From the NCBI GenBank assembly GCA_013314755.1, contig JABUFA010000018.1:1472-65471 (forward strand): a stretch of 64,000 nucleotides of DNA. Direction: 5' to 3'. The position numbers and the translations under genes are program-made. This document shows, piece after piece, positions 1 to 10,221 of this stretch. This DNA comes from Chthonomonadia bacterium (GTDB taxonomy: Bacteria; Armatimonadota; HRBIN16). The notes under the pieces are model-generated. The model was not told the DNA's origin and made no database searches. It saw only the letters and a list, made by a program, of their open reading frames with translations. Each line of letters begins with the position of its first letter. Position 1 is the stretch's first letter.

Positions 1-571
1 TACGCACGATGCGTCCGTTGGCGTCGCGTTTGGTGAGCTTTCGGGCGTACTCCAGCAGTTCAGATAGCGTTTTGGGAGGTCGCTCAGGGTCTAATCCGGC
101 ATCCCGAAAGGCTTCCTTGTTCCACAACAGCGCGAAGCAGTCCATCAGATAAATCATCGCGTACAGCTTGCCGTTGTATCTGCATTGCGAAAGCGAGCCG
201 GGCGCGTAGTCCGACTCTTTCAGTCCCGACTGCCTGAAGTATTCATCCAGCGGAAGCAGGGCACCGTTTCCCGCCAGCGAACCCAGATAGCCCGGGTCGC
301 GCAGGGTGAATATCTCAGGTGGGTCGTTCGCCACGATAGCGCGGATGATTTTGGTGTCCTCGACAGCCGCTAGGTTGTGTACCTGAATGTGTGGATGGGT
401 GCGGTTGAACTCGTCTACCACCACCTGAAAAGCCTCCGCTTCGTCACCGCCCCACATCGTCCACGCCCGCAGGTGTACAACGCCGGGGTCCTCCTGCCTG
501 CGCTGACATGCAGGTAGCAGTAACAGCAGGGTTCCCAAAAGGACGAGTATGTTTATTCTGTTGATGCGCAT
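1..571 (-). CDS. Sugar ABC transporter substrate-binding lipoprotein (runs off window start)
   Basis: Manual translation from ATG at 571: MRINRINILVLLGTLLLLLPAC (lipobox)...WTMWGGDEAEAFQVVVDEFNRTHPHI...LLPLD...YNGKLYA...LLWNKEAFRDAGLDPERPPKT, typical of family-1 extracellular solute-binding proteins. Not in the ORF track because it is truncated. Confidence 0.85.
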   Translation of the reverse strand, partial: MRINRINILVLLGTLLLLLPACQRRQEDPGVVHLRAWTMWGGDEAEAFQVVVDEFNRTHPHIQVHNLAAVEDTKIIRAIVANDPPEIFTLRDPGYLGSLAGNGALLPLDEYFRQSGLKESDYAPGSLSQCRYNGKLYAMIYLMDCFALLWNKEAFRDAGLDPERPPKTLSELLEYARKLTKRDANGRIVR

Positions 572-619
572 AATCACGGCAAACTTTCGATAACCTCTCT
601 CCTGCGTATCCCGTGTCGT

Positions 620-1147
620 CTACCGCCCGCTCTGGCCGCTGGGAACTGGCGTGGTGTCACGCTCCGTTTCTTGCCAGCGCCCGCCTGTGCTCAACACCTG
701 CCCGTTCTTCAGCACGATGATGGGCACAGACTGATTCATCATCTTATGATGGTCGCACTGCAGTAATGGTGCTGTTTCCGGGCTATCCTTTGTCGGCTTG
801 AAGTAGCGATAGCTCACCGGCTTATCGGTCAGGTCGGCAGGGCATTTCAGCTTTCCAGCCTCCGCCAGATAGCGCGGCGCCAGCTCGTTCAAGCCTTTGG
901 GATATTGTCCGCTGTTGCGCTGGCGGTAGCGTTCTATCGCCTGATATACGTCCAGCATGTTTTGCTGGCACTGCGCCATCTGCACTCCTGCCGACATCGC
1001 CTGTTTGAACTCCGGGCGACGGGCAACGTAGATGAACAGTATCGCCAGCCCTGCTATCACAAGAGCCACCGCCCCCAGACAGGACAGCAAGCCAACCGTC
1101 CAGCAGCTCCAGCCACCGCGACGGGCAGGTATCTCGGGTGGTACCAT
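620..1147 (-). CDS. Membrane-anchored pilin/pseudopilin-like hypothetical protein
   Basis: One N-terminal TM helix, then CQQNM...AIERY...GQYPKGLNEL.PRYL...LKCPAD, resembling the globular part of GspG/DUF1559-like proteins. No prepilin cleavage motif. Confidence 0.55.
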   Translation of the reverse strand: MVPPEIPARRGGWSCWTVGLLSCLGAVALVIAGLAILFIYVARRPEFKQAMSAGVQMAQCQQNMLDVYQAIERYRQRNSGQYPKGLNELAPRYLAEAGKLKCPADLTDKPVSYRYFKPTKDSPETAPLLQCDHHKMMNQSVPIIVLKNGQVLSTGGRWQETERDTTPVPSGQSGR

Positions 1148-1160
1148 GGCAATCCCTCAC

Positions 1161-2234
1161 CTATCCGATTGGCGTCCAGTTAATGCCGGCGTGAACTTTC
1201 AGCGTGAACTCCGCCAGCAGGCGTACCGTGTTCTCGAGGTCACCCAGATGCAGAATCTCACAGGGAGCGTGCATATAGCGTATCGGCACCGACACCAGAC
1301 CGGTTGCCACTCCAGAGCGCGCCAGCTGGATGACATCGTTGTCCGTTCCGGTGCCTCCGCCGGCAACCTCTATCTGGTAGGGAATCTCTTTCTCCACCGC
1401 CGTGTCCACCAGCATCTCGAAGACCAGCGGATTAACATGTGAGCCGCGGCAGATGACCGCGCCTTTTCCAATCACGTGGTCACCGTGTTTTTTCTTGTCC
1501 ACGCCCGGATGGTCGGTGCTGTGCCCGACGTCTACTGTCACCGCAACCTGTGGGGCTATCTCGTGGGCGATGGTGCGTGCTCCACGCAGTCCGACCTCTT
1601 CCTGCACTGTGGACACCGCGTACACCGCCGCCTTCAGCTCGGAACGTCGCTCGCTCAGCAGGCGCAATGCCTCTGCCACCACAAAACAGCCCATTTTGTT
1701 GTCAAAGCCCCTCGCGGTGACCAGCTCGCCACGCAGGGGCTGAAAGTCGTACACATAGGTCACTGGGTCGCCGAGGCGCACCTGCTCCTCCGCCTCCTTC
1801 TTGCTGGAAGCGCCGATGTCGATCCACAGGTCGCTCAACTCGGGCTTCTTGCGCCGCTCTTCCTCGCTCAGCATGTGTATCGCCTTGCGCCCAATAACGC
1901 CGAGCACCGGTCCGTGCTTCGTGTGGATGTACACCCGCTGCCCTACTGGCACAATGGAATCGTGTCCGCCAACGGGTCTGAAGTAAAGGAACCCTTCGTC
2001 GCTGATGTAGTGCACCACGAAGCCGATTTCATCCACATGCCCCGAAAGCATCACACGGGGATAGCCATCGGGGTTGATGACGGCATAGCTGTTTCCAAGC
2101 ACATCGGTGTGCACTTCGTCAGCAAACTGGGCGGTGTACTCGCGAAAGACCGCCTGCGCCCTGTATTCATACCCGGAAGGGCTGGGAGTATTTACAATGT
2201 TCTTCAGAAACTCGTACGATTGCTCTCTCATCAT
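1161..2234 (-). CDS. M42 family aminopeptidase (TET/FrvX-like)
   Basis: Motifs PSPSGYE, GHVDEIG, FDNK, QEEVGLRGA, GTD, RYMH. Confidence 0.93.
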   Translation of the reverse strand: MMREQSYEFLKNIVNTPSPSGYEYRAQAVFREYTAQFADEVHTDVLGNSYAVINPDGYPRVMLSGHVDEIGFVVHYISDEGFLYFRPVGGHDSIVPVGQRVYIHTKHGPVLGVIGRKAIHMLSEEERRKKPELSDLWIDIGASSKKEAEEQVRLGDPVTYVYDFQPLRGELVTARGFDNKMGCFVVAEALRLLSERRSELKAAVYAVSTVQEEVGLRGARTIAHEIAPQVAVTVDVGHSTDHPGVDKKKHGDHVIGKGAVICRGSHVNPLVFEMLVDTAVEKEIPYQIEVAGGGTGTDNDVIQLARSGVATGLVSVPIRYMHAPCEILHLGDLENTVRLLAEFTLKVHAGINWTPIG

Positions 2235-2289
2235 CCTGCGCTACTTCCCCCTGCAATGGATACCATTTTGTTCCATGCACACCGTCAGT

Positions 2290-2468
2290 TTTCCTGCAAT
2301 ACTGAGCCTCCGATGCATCGCCCGCTACAGTTCGACACCCTTTCCCTTCCCGTTCCCGCCGATGTGATTGTGTACACGTTGGACGAATGGCAAAAAATAG
2401 ACCCCTCCAGCCGTTTCGGGAAGATGATGCAAAACGAAGTGAAATGGGTTTTTCAGCGCAGTCAATGA
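2290..2468 (+). pseudogene. C-terminal remnant of a minimal nucleotidyltransferase (MNT)-type protein
   Basis: End of ORF 1476..2468 reads RPLQFDTLSLPVPADVIVYTLDEWQ...RFGKMMQNEVKWVF*, resembling the MNT C-terminal half. No upstream GSxARG/DxD motif. Confidence 0.5.
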
Positions 2469-4132
2469 CCCTGACTTCGACGGCTCAATGCCTCGCGTAC
2501 CTTCTGCCAGCGTACGTCCATCTCCTCGTTGTAAATATACGGCTCCCAGCCCAGTGAAAGATAAGTGGCGATTGCCGGCAGTCGCCAGTCGTCGGTGAGC
2601 AGATAGATGCGCTGATAGCCCCGCTGAACCAGCAGTCGCACCACAGCATATACTACCACCTTGCCCAATCCCTTGCCCTGATGAGCGGGGTCTGCTGCCA
2701 CCCAGTCCAGCACACCCGCGTTGGGATGCTGTTCGTTGGGCGAGTGGTTCGCCATCGCCGTCGCGACCAGGTCGCCGGTTGAAACGTGCTCCACCACGAA
2801 GAAACCGCCCGGCAGAACGTTTCGCATGAACCGCTGGACATCCGCCACCGTCCATCCCTCCGCAAAGCCCACTTTCCGCATCAGTGCCAGGTACTTCTCC
2901 TCCTCGCCGGGGCGGATGTTGCGCAGGCGGTAACCCTCCGGCAATGGCGGTTCGGGCACGGAGGTGAAGCGGTGCGGCGGGTAAATCATCTGCAGTTGCG
3001 GCTTGGGCTCTGCCTCCGTTCCCCATATCCTCGAGTCGGGCACGTCAACCCAGCGTCCACCCTGCGCAATGGAAATCTGGCTCATCAAACCCGGCAGGGT
3101 CATATCCAGCGCATAATGCACGTCCACTCGCGGGGAACATTCGCCGCGCACCGCCCGTACGAAATCCATCAGCACGAAGTAGTCGCCGCCGCCGTGACCT
3201 GTTCGACGTGCCTGCTCTTCCTGCTGTTTCCACTCGGCAGGCAAGAACTGCTCTTCCAGCTCGTGCAGGGGTAGCCAGGTGTTCATATCGGGGCACAATT
3301 GACGGAGCCACACGCGGTCGTGCTCTCCATGCGCCCGCGCCGATTCATAACAGCCATCCGTACCCTGCAGCTGGTAGACGTTCATGGCGTGCGGGCGGTC
3401 GGAGAGCATATCCAGACGCAGTTTCACCAGCCCGCCCGAGCGCATTTTGCAGAGGGTGATGGTAGTATCTTCGTTCTCGTAGAGTTCGCCTCGCGCATCC
3501 CGATAGTGATGACCGCTTCCGGCACAGCATACTGCCACCACCCGGTCTCCGGGCATCCATTCCAGCACAGGACCGATACTGTGCGTGGGGTAGGTGTTGC
3601 CGTTGATGCCCGTCTGCCACCGGCGTCGCCACGGGGTCAGCTCGTTGAGCTCCTTAAGCTCGTGGATGTATTCGCCCTCCGCGTAATATGTTGTGCCGAA
3701 CAGCCCCTGCCGAACCAGCTCCTTCACCAGCACAATCGGTTTGGCGTAAATATAATTTTCAGCCATCATATACACCGCTTTGCTTTGCGCAACCGCCTGT
3801 ACCAGTTCTCGGCACTCCTCCACCGAGACGGCGGCGGGCACTTCGCTCAGCACATGAATGTTGCGCTTCAGCGCGGAAACCGACTGGGGCGCGTGCATAG
3901 GCATCGGCGTAGCGACGATAACCGCGTCCACCTCGTCGCTGTCCAGCATCTGCTCGTAGTCGGTAAACAACCGCTTCGCGCCTAACATTTCTGCCACACG
4001 CTGGGCACGGGCAGAATCAACATCACATACCGCTACTATGCTAACACCGGGAATGGCGTCGCAGGCGGTCTTAAAGCTCGCGCCACGCCCTCCCGCGCCG
4101 ACAATGCCCAGCCGCACCGTTTGAGGTGTCAT
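2462..4132 (-). CDS. Gfo/Idh/MocA (GH109-like) oxidoreductase fused to a C-terminal GNAT acetyltransferase
   Basis: GIVGAGGRG Rossmann motif, SEVP, AENY, YPTHS and GHGGGD in the N-terminal part; VAADPAHQGKGLGK and AIATYLSLGW (GNAT motifs) in the C-terminal part. AAGGAGG RBS before ATG 4132. Confidence 0.85.
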   Translation of the reverse strand: MTPQTVRLGIVGAGGRGASFKTACDAIPGVSIVAVCDVDSARAQRVAEMLGAKRLFTDYEQMLDSDEVDAVIVATPMPMHAPQSVSALKRNIHVLSEVPAAVSVEECRELVQAVAQSKAVYMMAENYIYAKPIVLVKELVRQGLFGTTYYAEGEYIHELKELNELTPWRRRWQTGINGNTYPTHSIGPVLEWMPGDRVVAVCCAGSGHHYRDARGELYENEDTTITLCKMRSGGLVKLRLDMLSDRPHAMNVYQLQGTDGCYESARAHGEHDRVWLRQLCPDMNTWLPLHELEEQFLPAEWKQQEEQARRTGHGGGDYFVLMDFVRAVRGECSPRVDVHYALDMTLPGLMSQISIAQGGRWVDVPDSRIWGTEAEPKPQLQMIYPPHRFTSVPEPPLPEGYRLRNIRPGEEEKYLALMRKVGFAEGWTVADVQRFMRNVLPGGFFVVEHVSTGDLVATAMANHSPNEQHPNAGVLDWVAADPAHQGKGLGKVVVYAVVRLLVQRGYQRIYLLTDDWRLPAIATYLSLGWEPYIYNEEMDVRWQKVREALSRRSQGH

Positions 4133-4245
4133 GGCAACCTCCTTTGCAAGATACATCCCGACAAGCGATTCCCCACCTACCGACCCACTTCCTGCGCTGG
4201 AAGCGCCTGCAAATGCCCGGGAAACAGGGTATAATACTTAGTGAT

Positions 4246-5271
4246 ATGAAACAAATGCGCATCGGCTTTTTTGAGGTAGACTCCTGGCAGGCGGAGTACC
4301 TGAGCCAGGGTATGCAGAAGCTGGGCATCGCGTCGCAGCTTCAGGCAGACTTCCTGCAGAGACATCTGCAGGTTGAAGGCTGTGAGGCGTGTGCCTACTA
4401 TGAAGCCATTGCCGTCTTCATCGGCACAAAGGTCACCGCGGCTACCCTGGACGCCCTGCCTCAGCTTCGTCTCATCCTTACCATGTCCACAGGTTATGAC
4501 CACATTGACCTGGATGCCTGCCGCCAGCGGGGGATAACCGTTTGTAACGTGCCCCATTACGGTGAGAACACGGTCGCCGAGCATACCTTCGCGCTGATTC
4601 TCTCGCTGTCGCGCAAACTGCACGCTGCCTATTTTCAGGGCTTGCGCGGCGAATACGACCTGCGCGCTCTTCGCGGCTTTGACCTCTACGGCAAGACGCT
4701 GGGAGTGATTGGCGCTGGGAGCATCGGACTGCACGTGATTCGCATCGCGCGAGGCTTCGGGATGCGTGTGCTGGCATACGACACACGTCCCCAGCGACTG
4801 CTTGCCGACGTGCTCGGCTTCACCTACACCGATATGGACACTCTGCTTGCCGAGTCGGATATTGTCACCCTTCACGTGCCCGCAACGCCTGCCACTCACC
4901 ATCTCATCAATCGCGACACCCTGCGCAAGATGAAGCAGGGCGCCTTGCTCATCAACACGGCGCGGGGAGCGGTGGTGGATACGGAAGCACTGCTGTGGGC
5001 GCTGGAAGAGGGGATACTGGCGGGTGCTGGGCTGGACGTCATTGAAGGCGAGGAGCTGATTACGGAAGAGAGCGCACTGCTGAAAAAGCCCCTCGCGGAG
5101 GCGACGCTCAGACAAGTGGTGCAGGCGCATCTCCTGCTGAGGCGCGAGAACGTGGTGTTTACCCCGCACATCGCTTTCAACAGCCAGGAGGCGGTAGAGC
5201 GCATTCTGGACACCACGCTGGAAAACCTGCAAGCGTTCCTGAAAGGCGCGCCTATCAACGTCGTTTCCTGA
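4246..5271 (+). CDS. D-isomer-specific 2-hydroxyacid dehydrogenase (D-lactate dehydrogenase-like)
   Basis: STGYDHID, VAEH, GAGSIG, LINTARG, LDVIEGE, TPHIAF. Confidence 0.9.
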   Translation: MKQMRIGFFEVDSWQAEYLSQGMQKLGIASQLQADFLQRHLQVEGCEACAYYEAIAVFIGTKVTAATLDALPQLRLILTMSTGYDHIDLDACRQRGITVCNVPHYGENTVAEHTFALILSLSRKLHAAYFQGLRGEYDLRALRGFDLYGKTLGVIGAGSIGLHVIRIARGFGMRVLAYDTRPQRLLADVLGFTYTDMDTLLAESDIVTLHVPATPATHHLINRDTLRKMKQGALLINTARGAVVDTEALLWALEEGILAGAGLDVIEGEELITEESALLKKPLAEATLRQVVQAHLLLRRENVVFTPHIAFNSQEAVERILDTTLENLQAFLKGAPINVVS

Positions 5272-5272
5272 C

Positions 5273-7234
5273 CTATGGCCAGGGGAACTCAGGAGCCAGA
5301 AGCCCTGTCGTGCTGGCAAGCACCGCCCACAACGCTGCACAACTGAACTCGCCCAGAATCATCCCCAGGAAGAACGGCATGGCGCGCAGATACAGGTTAT
5401 AGCCCCCATACCGCTGGATGAGCGACTTGGCTATCCAGGTGACCAGCACAGGAAACCATATCACATACATCGTCCACGACGGGCACAGCGCGTAGCCCAG
5501 CGGATGCAGAGGAAAGCCCACAAAGGTGTTGCGCAGGTAGTAGAGCAAACCGGTCACCGCAATGCCTACCGTGAACCACAGCGGCGACGGCGGGGTGAGT
5601 TTATCCGCACCGGTGAGCGCGTTGGAGGCGTCGGTAAACGCCCACGAGACGTTCGCGTTCGGGTAGCCATACAGGTTCACCCCCCCGCGCCCGTAGTGCA
5701 ACCACAGCTCGGTGGCCGCGGCGGCGAGGAAGCCGACCACAATCGCCACACCGAAAATCAGAGGCAATAGTGTCCGACGAAGCCCATGACGGGGAGCCAG
5801 CTGCTGGCTATCCAAGAATAGCGATAACAGCATCCCACGCAGGTCGCGGAAGAAGATGGCATCCAGAAAGGCGAGATGCGTCCAGCTGACGTTGCCCCAC
5901 AGCTGTTTCGCGCTGAAAATGCCCACGATGTCGCTCGGCTTGAAAGAGGTTTCGGTCATCAGAAAGCCTGCTTCCGCCACACTGCGCGCCATCACGGTGC
6001 AGGTCACAAAGATGAAAATGGCCCAAAGCGCTATCGCGAGCCACAGGCTGATGCCTGCCCACAAACACCACAGCAGAATGCCCACAAAGCCCGCAAGCAA
6101 GCCCCAGACCGCCCAACGACTGTTCAGCGCCTCGCCGGTGCTGGGCAGGTGCTCTTTCCCGAACGCGCTCTGCACCACCCGCTTGTAGTAGCCCCAGCCG
6201 CTGCGCACGAACACCGCCGCAATCACCACGTATGCCCCTGCCACCTGATAGCCGATGTAGTGTCGCGTGGGATACGACGGCATATTTTGCAACTCAATGC
6301 CATAAGACGCTGCCACCACATCCGCCAGCCGTGTGAGCGCGAAGAAAAACCACAGGCTGAACAGCAGGTCATTGGGCAGAAAGTACGCGAAGCCCATCGC
6401 CGCGAACGAAACGAAGATGCTGGTGCCGAACATCTGGTTCCACGGAGGCGAGGTGAACAGATTCTGCACATTCCAGAAAAGCAGGGGAATCTGGGGAAAG
6501 GTTGGCACGGCAAGATGGATACCGTTTATCAAAAACGGCACGAACGCCAGCGTAAATCCCATCCACGTCAGCGGCGAACGCAGGAACTGGCGTGCTAAAC
6601 TCTCATCCAGCAGGCGCGTGGGCAGGATGGTGTGGGGGAAGGTCAGCCGTTCGTGGTCTGCCCACTGTCTGCGCAGGATGGCGCCGATGCAAAAGAGACA
6701 CCACGCCAGCAGGAGATAAAGCAGGAACCACGCGGCAAGCGGGCGCATCCACTTCTGCCACGGCAGGCTACCTGAGCGCAAGCCTTCGTAGAACTCCACC
6801 GCCACTGGCTGTTTCAGCTCGCCTTTGGGATCAAACGCCACCAGCGCGGGATTGACGTAGGGGATAAACCGCTGGGCATACTGGTTCACGGCGTCCGCGT
6901 AGTAGTTCAGATAGACAGGAGCAGGCATCAGCTTTTCGGTGAAGCCGCGCGTGCTGACAAACACCGAAGCGAACAGCATCAGGTAAAGGATAAGCAGGTC
7001 GGCGGGAGTCATCCAGCGCAGTTTGCCGAAAGCCCTCAGCAGGCGTACCACACCGTACACCAGAAGAAAGGAACCTACGGCGCCCGGCGCAAACTGCAGG
7101 ACGCCCAGCTGCATCCCCTTGACCACCATGTCCGAGTAGGTTGTCACGTAGGCAACACAAGCGGAAAGCACCGCACCCAGCAGAATGGTGCGAACGTGGA
7201 CACCCTTTGGCTCATGGTCTGGCGGCAGCGCCAT
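5273..7234 (-). CDS. Polytopic membrane protein, DUF6785/DUF6784-like (putative transporter)
   Basis: Many hydrophobic segments; RRQWADHERLTFP, FPLHPLGY and RYGG...PFFLGMILG motifs recalled for this family. Confidence 0.7.
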   Translation of the reverse strand: MALPPDHEPKGVHVRTILLGAVLSACVAYVTTYSDMVVKGMQLGVLQFAPGAVGSFLLVYGVVRLLRAFGKLRWMTPADLLILYLMLFASVFVSTRGFTEKLMPAPVYLNYYADAVNQYAQRFIPYVNPALVAFDPKGELKQPVAVEFYEGLRSGSLPWQKWMRPLAAWFLLYLLLAWCLFCIGAILRRQWADHERLTFPHTILPTRLLDESLARQFLRSPLTWMGFTLAFVPFLINGIHLAVPTFPQIPLLFWNVQNLFTSPPWNQMFGTSIFVSFAAMGFAYFLPNDLLFSLWFFFALTRLADVVAASYGIELQNMPSYPTRHYIGYQVAGAYVVIAAVFVRSGWGYYKRVVQSAFGKEHLPSTGEALNSRWAVWGLLAGFVGILLWCLWAGISLWLAIALWAIFIFVTCTVMARSVAEAGFLMTETSFKPSDIVGIFSAKQLWGNVSWTHLAFLDAIFFRDLRGMLLSLFLDSQQLAPRHGLRRTLLPLIFGVAIVVGFLAAAATELWLHYGRGGVNLYGYPNANVSWAFTDASNALTGADKLTPPSPLWFTVGIAVTGLLYYLRNTFVGFPLHPLGYALCPSWTMYVIWFPVLVTWIAKSLIQRYGGYNLYLRAMPFFLGMILGEFSCAALWAVLASTTGLLAPEFPWP

Positions 7235-7315
7235 ACGGTCTCCTTTGGTCAGACGTTCAGGTTGCTACAATACACTTCCGCACACAGAGCAAAAACTCCT
7301 CGCGGCGTTCCCCGC

Positions 7316-10057
7316 TTACCGAACAGGCAGTTCCACCTTCTCGCGCACGTCCTCACTGCGGAACAGGCTTCGGGAGCCAATCTTCACCTCCTGCACACGC
7401 ACGCCGAATAGCGTCCGCGGTTGCCAGCGGTTACGCTCCCGCGCGTAGCCTATCCCCACGCCGTGCGCTTTGAGGAACACCCGGCTCCCATCAGGCAGGA
7501 GGACCTCATGCGACGCCGGCGCGCCGTGCAAGGATGCAGGAGCACCTGTAAACAGAAGCCATGCCCGATCGCCTGCCTCTACCCATACGGCGCGCACGTG
7601 TGGGGAAGCAGGACTGACCGCAAGAGGAACGGTTTCCACTTCTGGCGGCTTCTGTCCCCGATAGGGCAGTAGGAGAGTAACGAAAGTTTGGGGGAGTTCG
7701 CCCTTTCGCGCGAAGCGTGCTACCGGAACCTTCGCCAGCTTGCCGCCATCCAGCGCGGCGATACTCTCCGTCAGCGTCAGATTGACCCCATTCGGCTCCA
7801 CCGCCCTGATGCTCAGGTTGCCCCCATCACCCGATGTCCACACGGTTTTGCCCGCCTCGTTCACCTGCACCTGCACGGGGGCAAAGCGAAACCAGACCTG
7901 CGCTTCGTGCGAACCGGTGCCAGACAGCTGGTCCACCACCAGCCAGAATCCACCGAACTCCCCCTGCGGTTTCAGAAACCATATCTGCCGGTGATGGCGC
8001 ACGTCGGGAAGCCCTGCGTACCCTTCGTTGTGTCCGGCGAAGAAGTCCCACTGCGAAGCGGTTACCCACAGGTCGGGGATGCCACCTGATAGCGTCCTGC
8101 GTTCGTCCACTGTGACCGTATTGTGAGATCTGGTGTCAGACAGCTCCTGCGCTTCCGGCGTGCCGTAGATGTACACACCGGGGTCTATCAGCAACAGCCT
8201 GCCGAACGGGGCGACGATGACGCTCAACTGGTCCCAATGCCCGTGACTGCCGTGAGGTCCACAGCGGATGCCCATGTAGTGCGAATCCCTGCGCCACGAG
8301 TCCCGCATGTAAAAGAAGCCGCCGTGTGGAAAGCCAAAGGAGGTATGCGCGGGCGGTTTGCCCTCTTTGCCTCCCGTTCCCACGAAACGGAAGTCCTCTC
8401 GTCTAAACACCTCTGCGGCGCGAACGAGCATATCAGGATGCATTGGCGGGTTGCCGTCGCCCCAGATGGGCAAAGTACCATCGGGCAGGGTGGAATACAT
8501 CACGTATTCGTGCATCTTTTCGGTGAGAGCCTTCAACTCGGGCGGCAGGCTGATGCCCAGATCGCGAGACTGCGTGATAAGGTTCAGATAGCGTCCCATC
8601 ACCAGCAGGTGATAGCCGGTGGTCGGCTCCTGCAGGACGCCGTCTGGGCGCACGGTGGATAGGGCGTTTTCTATCAGCCGCTGTGCGCCTCGCTGGATCC
8701 ATCCGCTGGCTATCTTAAACTCAGGATAGATGGTGCCGAACTCCAGCAGAGTATCCGCTATCTGCGTCTCCCAGTTACCGCCCGCTTCCATTCGGTCAAT
8801 CACTTCCGCCATTTCTCCCAGGTTGATGATGAACGCCGCACGAATGTCCAGCGGGAAGAAAGGCGACGATACGAACCTGCCGTAGTAGGCAAAGCCGTGC
8901 CCCATGCGCGCGCCAATTGCCAGCGCAGACCACATAGAGCCTCCTGAGATACCGGCAGGCGGGGCAGGGGGTATCTTGCTTTCGCGCGTCCACACACCTG
9001 CCTGAAGGGGAGATGGACAATGGCGGAACAGGTGGTAAAGCATATCGCTGAAGGCGCGGGCGTACTTTTCATTGCCGGTGTTGCTGTAGGCGGCAGCGAG
9101 GATTTTGCGCAAGCCCGACCGGGTTAATCCCACGCCACCGCGTTCGGGCCAGAGGGTATAGTGGTTCCAGAACGGTCCGAGGTCTACTGTCATACCGTCG
9201 GGCAAAAGCACCTTCGCCTCGCTGGCAAGGTCGGCTTCACGGGTGTCAAAATCGGGGTTGAACCTTGGCTGGCGGGCGTCGGGTGGGATCAGGTCTTCAC
9301 GGCTTTCAAAGTGCGCCACCAGGCGACGCACTGCCTCTTCCCAGTCCCGCCTCTGTACCGCCTCTCGCACGCCCTGCAAAGGCGGATAGTCCAGATTAAA
9401 ATAGCCAAAAGCCCGCTCGTACAGCTGGTCGCGCTCCACGCGGTGGATTTCATGTATCTCAAACCACAGGTCGTAATCCTGCGCCTCTCCGCCGGCGTAT
9501 GCGCTTCCGCCGGCGTAATCCCCCGACGCGGTGCCAACTCCTGCGATGACGCCATCGCCTCCCGCAAAGCCGGGGCGCTGTCCGCTCAATGACCACTCGC
9601 GGGGAATGACTGCTGGGCGCAAAGGCTCCACCTCTACCGTGAGTTCAAAGTAGTAGCTGCGATTAGGTTCCACCTTTGCTTCTAAGGTGAACATCGGCAC
9701 GGCGCCTTCCCACATCCGGCGGCTGTAGGGAATGGCACAGCGAGCATAAGCCACTTTTTTCTGTGGACTGTCCCACAGCGTCATGACCAGCGACTCATCG
9801 GGCTGCCACGTCTCATGCCAGAACGCCTGCCATATCGCGATTCGGAAAACCTCTTGTGCGGAACCGCTGGTCATGAAGGTTTGCCCAACCGGTTTGCCTG
9901 GTTGAACAGTGGCGAAGCGTGCATCGTCGCGTTGTGCTGTGTGCGCCCCCAGCTTGGCGCTGTTCAGAATCTGTTCAAGCAGGGGCAGGTCCGCAAAGGC
10001 GGGGGCACTTGCCAGCAGGCAGAAGAAGAGCAGAAGGCTAACCGTCCACCGCATCAT
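7316..10057 (-). CDS. Secreted heparinase II/III-like polysaccharide lyase
   Basis: Signal peptide; GNW, EPTTGYH, LPIWGD, HGHWD, DPG.YIY and SHNTVTVD motifs. Confidence 0.85.
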   Translation of the reverse strand: MMRWTVSLLLFFCLLASAPAFADLPLLEQILNSAKLGAHTAQRDDARFATVQPGKPVGQTFMTSGSAQEVFRIAIWQAFWHETWQPDESLVMTLWDSPQKKVAYARCAIPYSRRMWEGAVPMFTLEAKVEPNRSYYFELTVEVEPLRPAVIPREWSLSGQRPGFAGGDGVIAGVGTASGDYAGGSAYAGGEAQDYDLWFEIHEIHRVERDQLYERAFGYFNLDYPPLQGVREAVQRRDWEEAVRRLVAHFESREDLIPPDARQPRFNPDFDTREADLASEAKVLLPDGMTVDLGPFWNHYTLWPERGGVGLTRSGLRKILAAAYSNTGNEKYARAFSDMLYHLFRHCPSPLQAGVWTRESKIPPAPPAGISGGSMWSALAIGARMGHGFAYYGRFVSSPFFPLDIRAAFIINLGEMAEVIDRMEAGGNWETQIADTLLEFGTIYPEFKIASGWIQRGAQRLIENALSTVRPDGVLQEPTTGYHLLVMGRYLNLITQSRDLGISLPPELKALTEKMHEYVMYSTLPDGTLPIWGDGNPPMHPDMLVRAAEVFRREDFRFVGTGGKEGKPPAHTSFGFPHGGFFYMRDSWRRDSHYMGIRCGPHGSHGHWDQLSVIVAPFGRLLLIDPGVYIYGTPEAQELSDTRSHNTVTVDERRTLSGGIPDLWVTASQWDFFAGHNEGYAGLPDVRHHRQIWFLKPQGEFGGFWLVVDQLSGTGSHEAQVWFRFAPVQVQVNEAGKTVWTSGDGGNLSIRAVEPNGVNLTLTESIAALDGGKLAKVPVARFARKGELPQTFVTLLLPYRGQKPPEVETVPLAVSPASPHVRAVWVEAGDRAWLLFTGAPASLHGAPASHEVLLPDGSRVFLKAHGVGIGYARERNRWQPRTLFGVRVQEVKIGSRSLFRSEDVREKVELPVR

Positions 10058-10168
10058 CTCTCATCCTCACAGAATTAGTCCACTCCCCACGAAGGTGTGA
10101 ACTCATTATCCGATATGCGTGTGTCTGTTGTCAATCTGTGGCTGAGCCGTCTGGCTGGATGGTAACAG

Positions 10169-10208
10169 AAAAACAAGGCTCATCCTCCCTGTTGAGGGAA
10201 GATGAGCC
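10169..10208 (-). terminator. Rho-independent terminator after the GH gene
   Basis: Imperfect stem GGCTCATCCTCCCT/AGGGAAGATGAGCC, followed on the minus strand by a T-rich tract. Confidence 0.7.
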
Positions 10209-10221
10209 GTTGCGGGACAGA

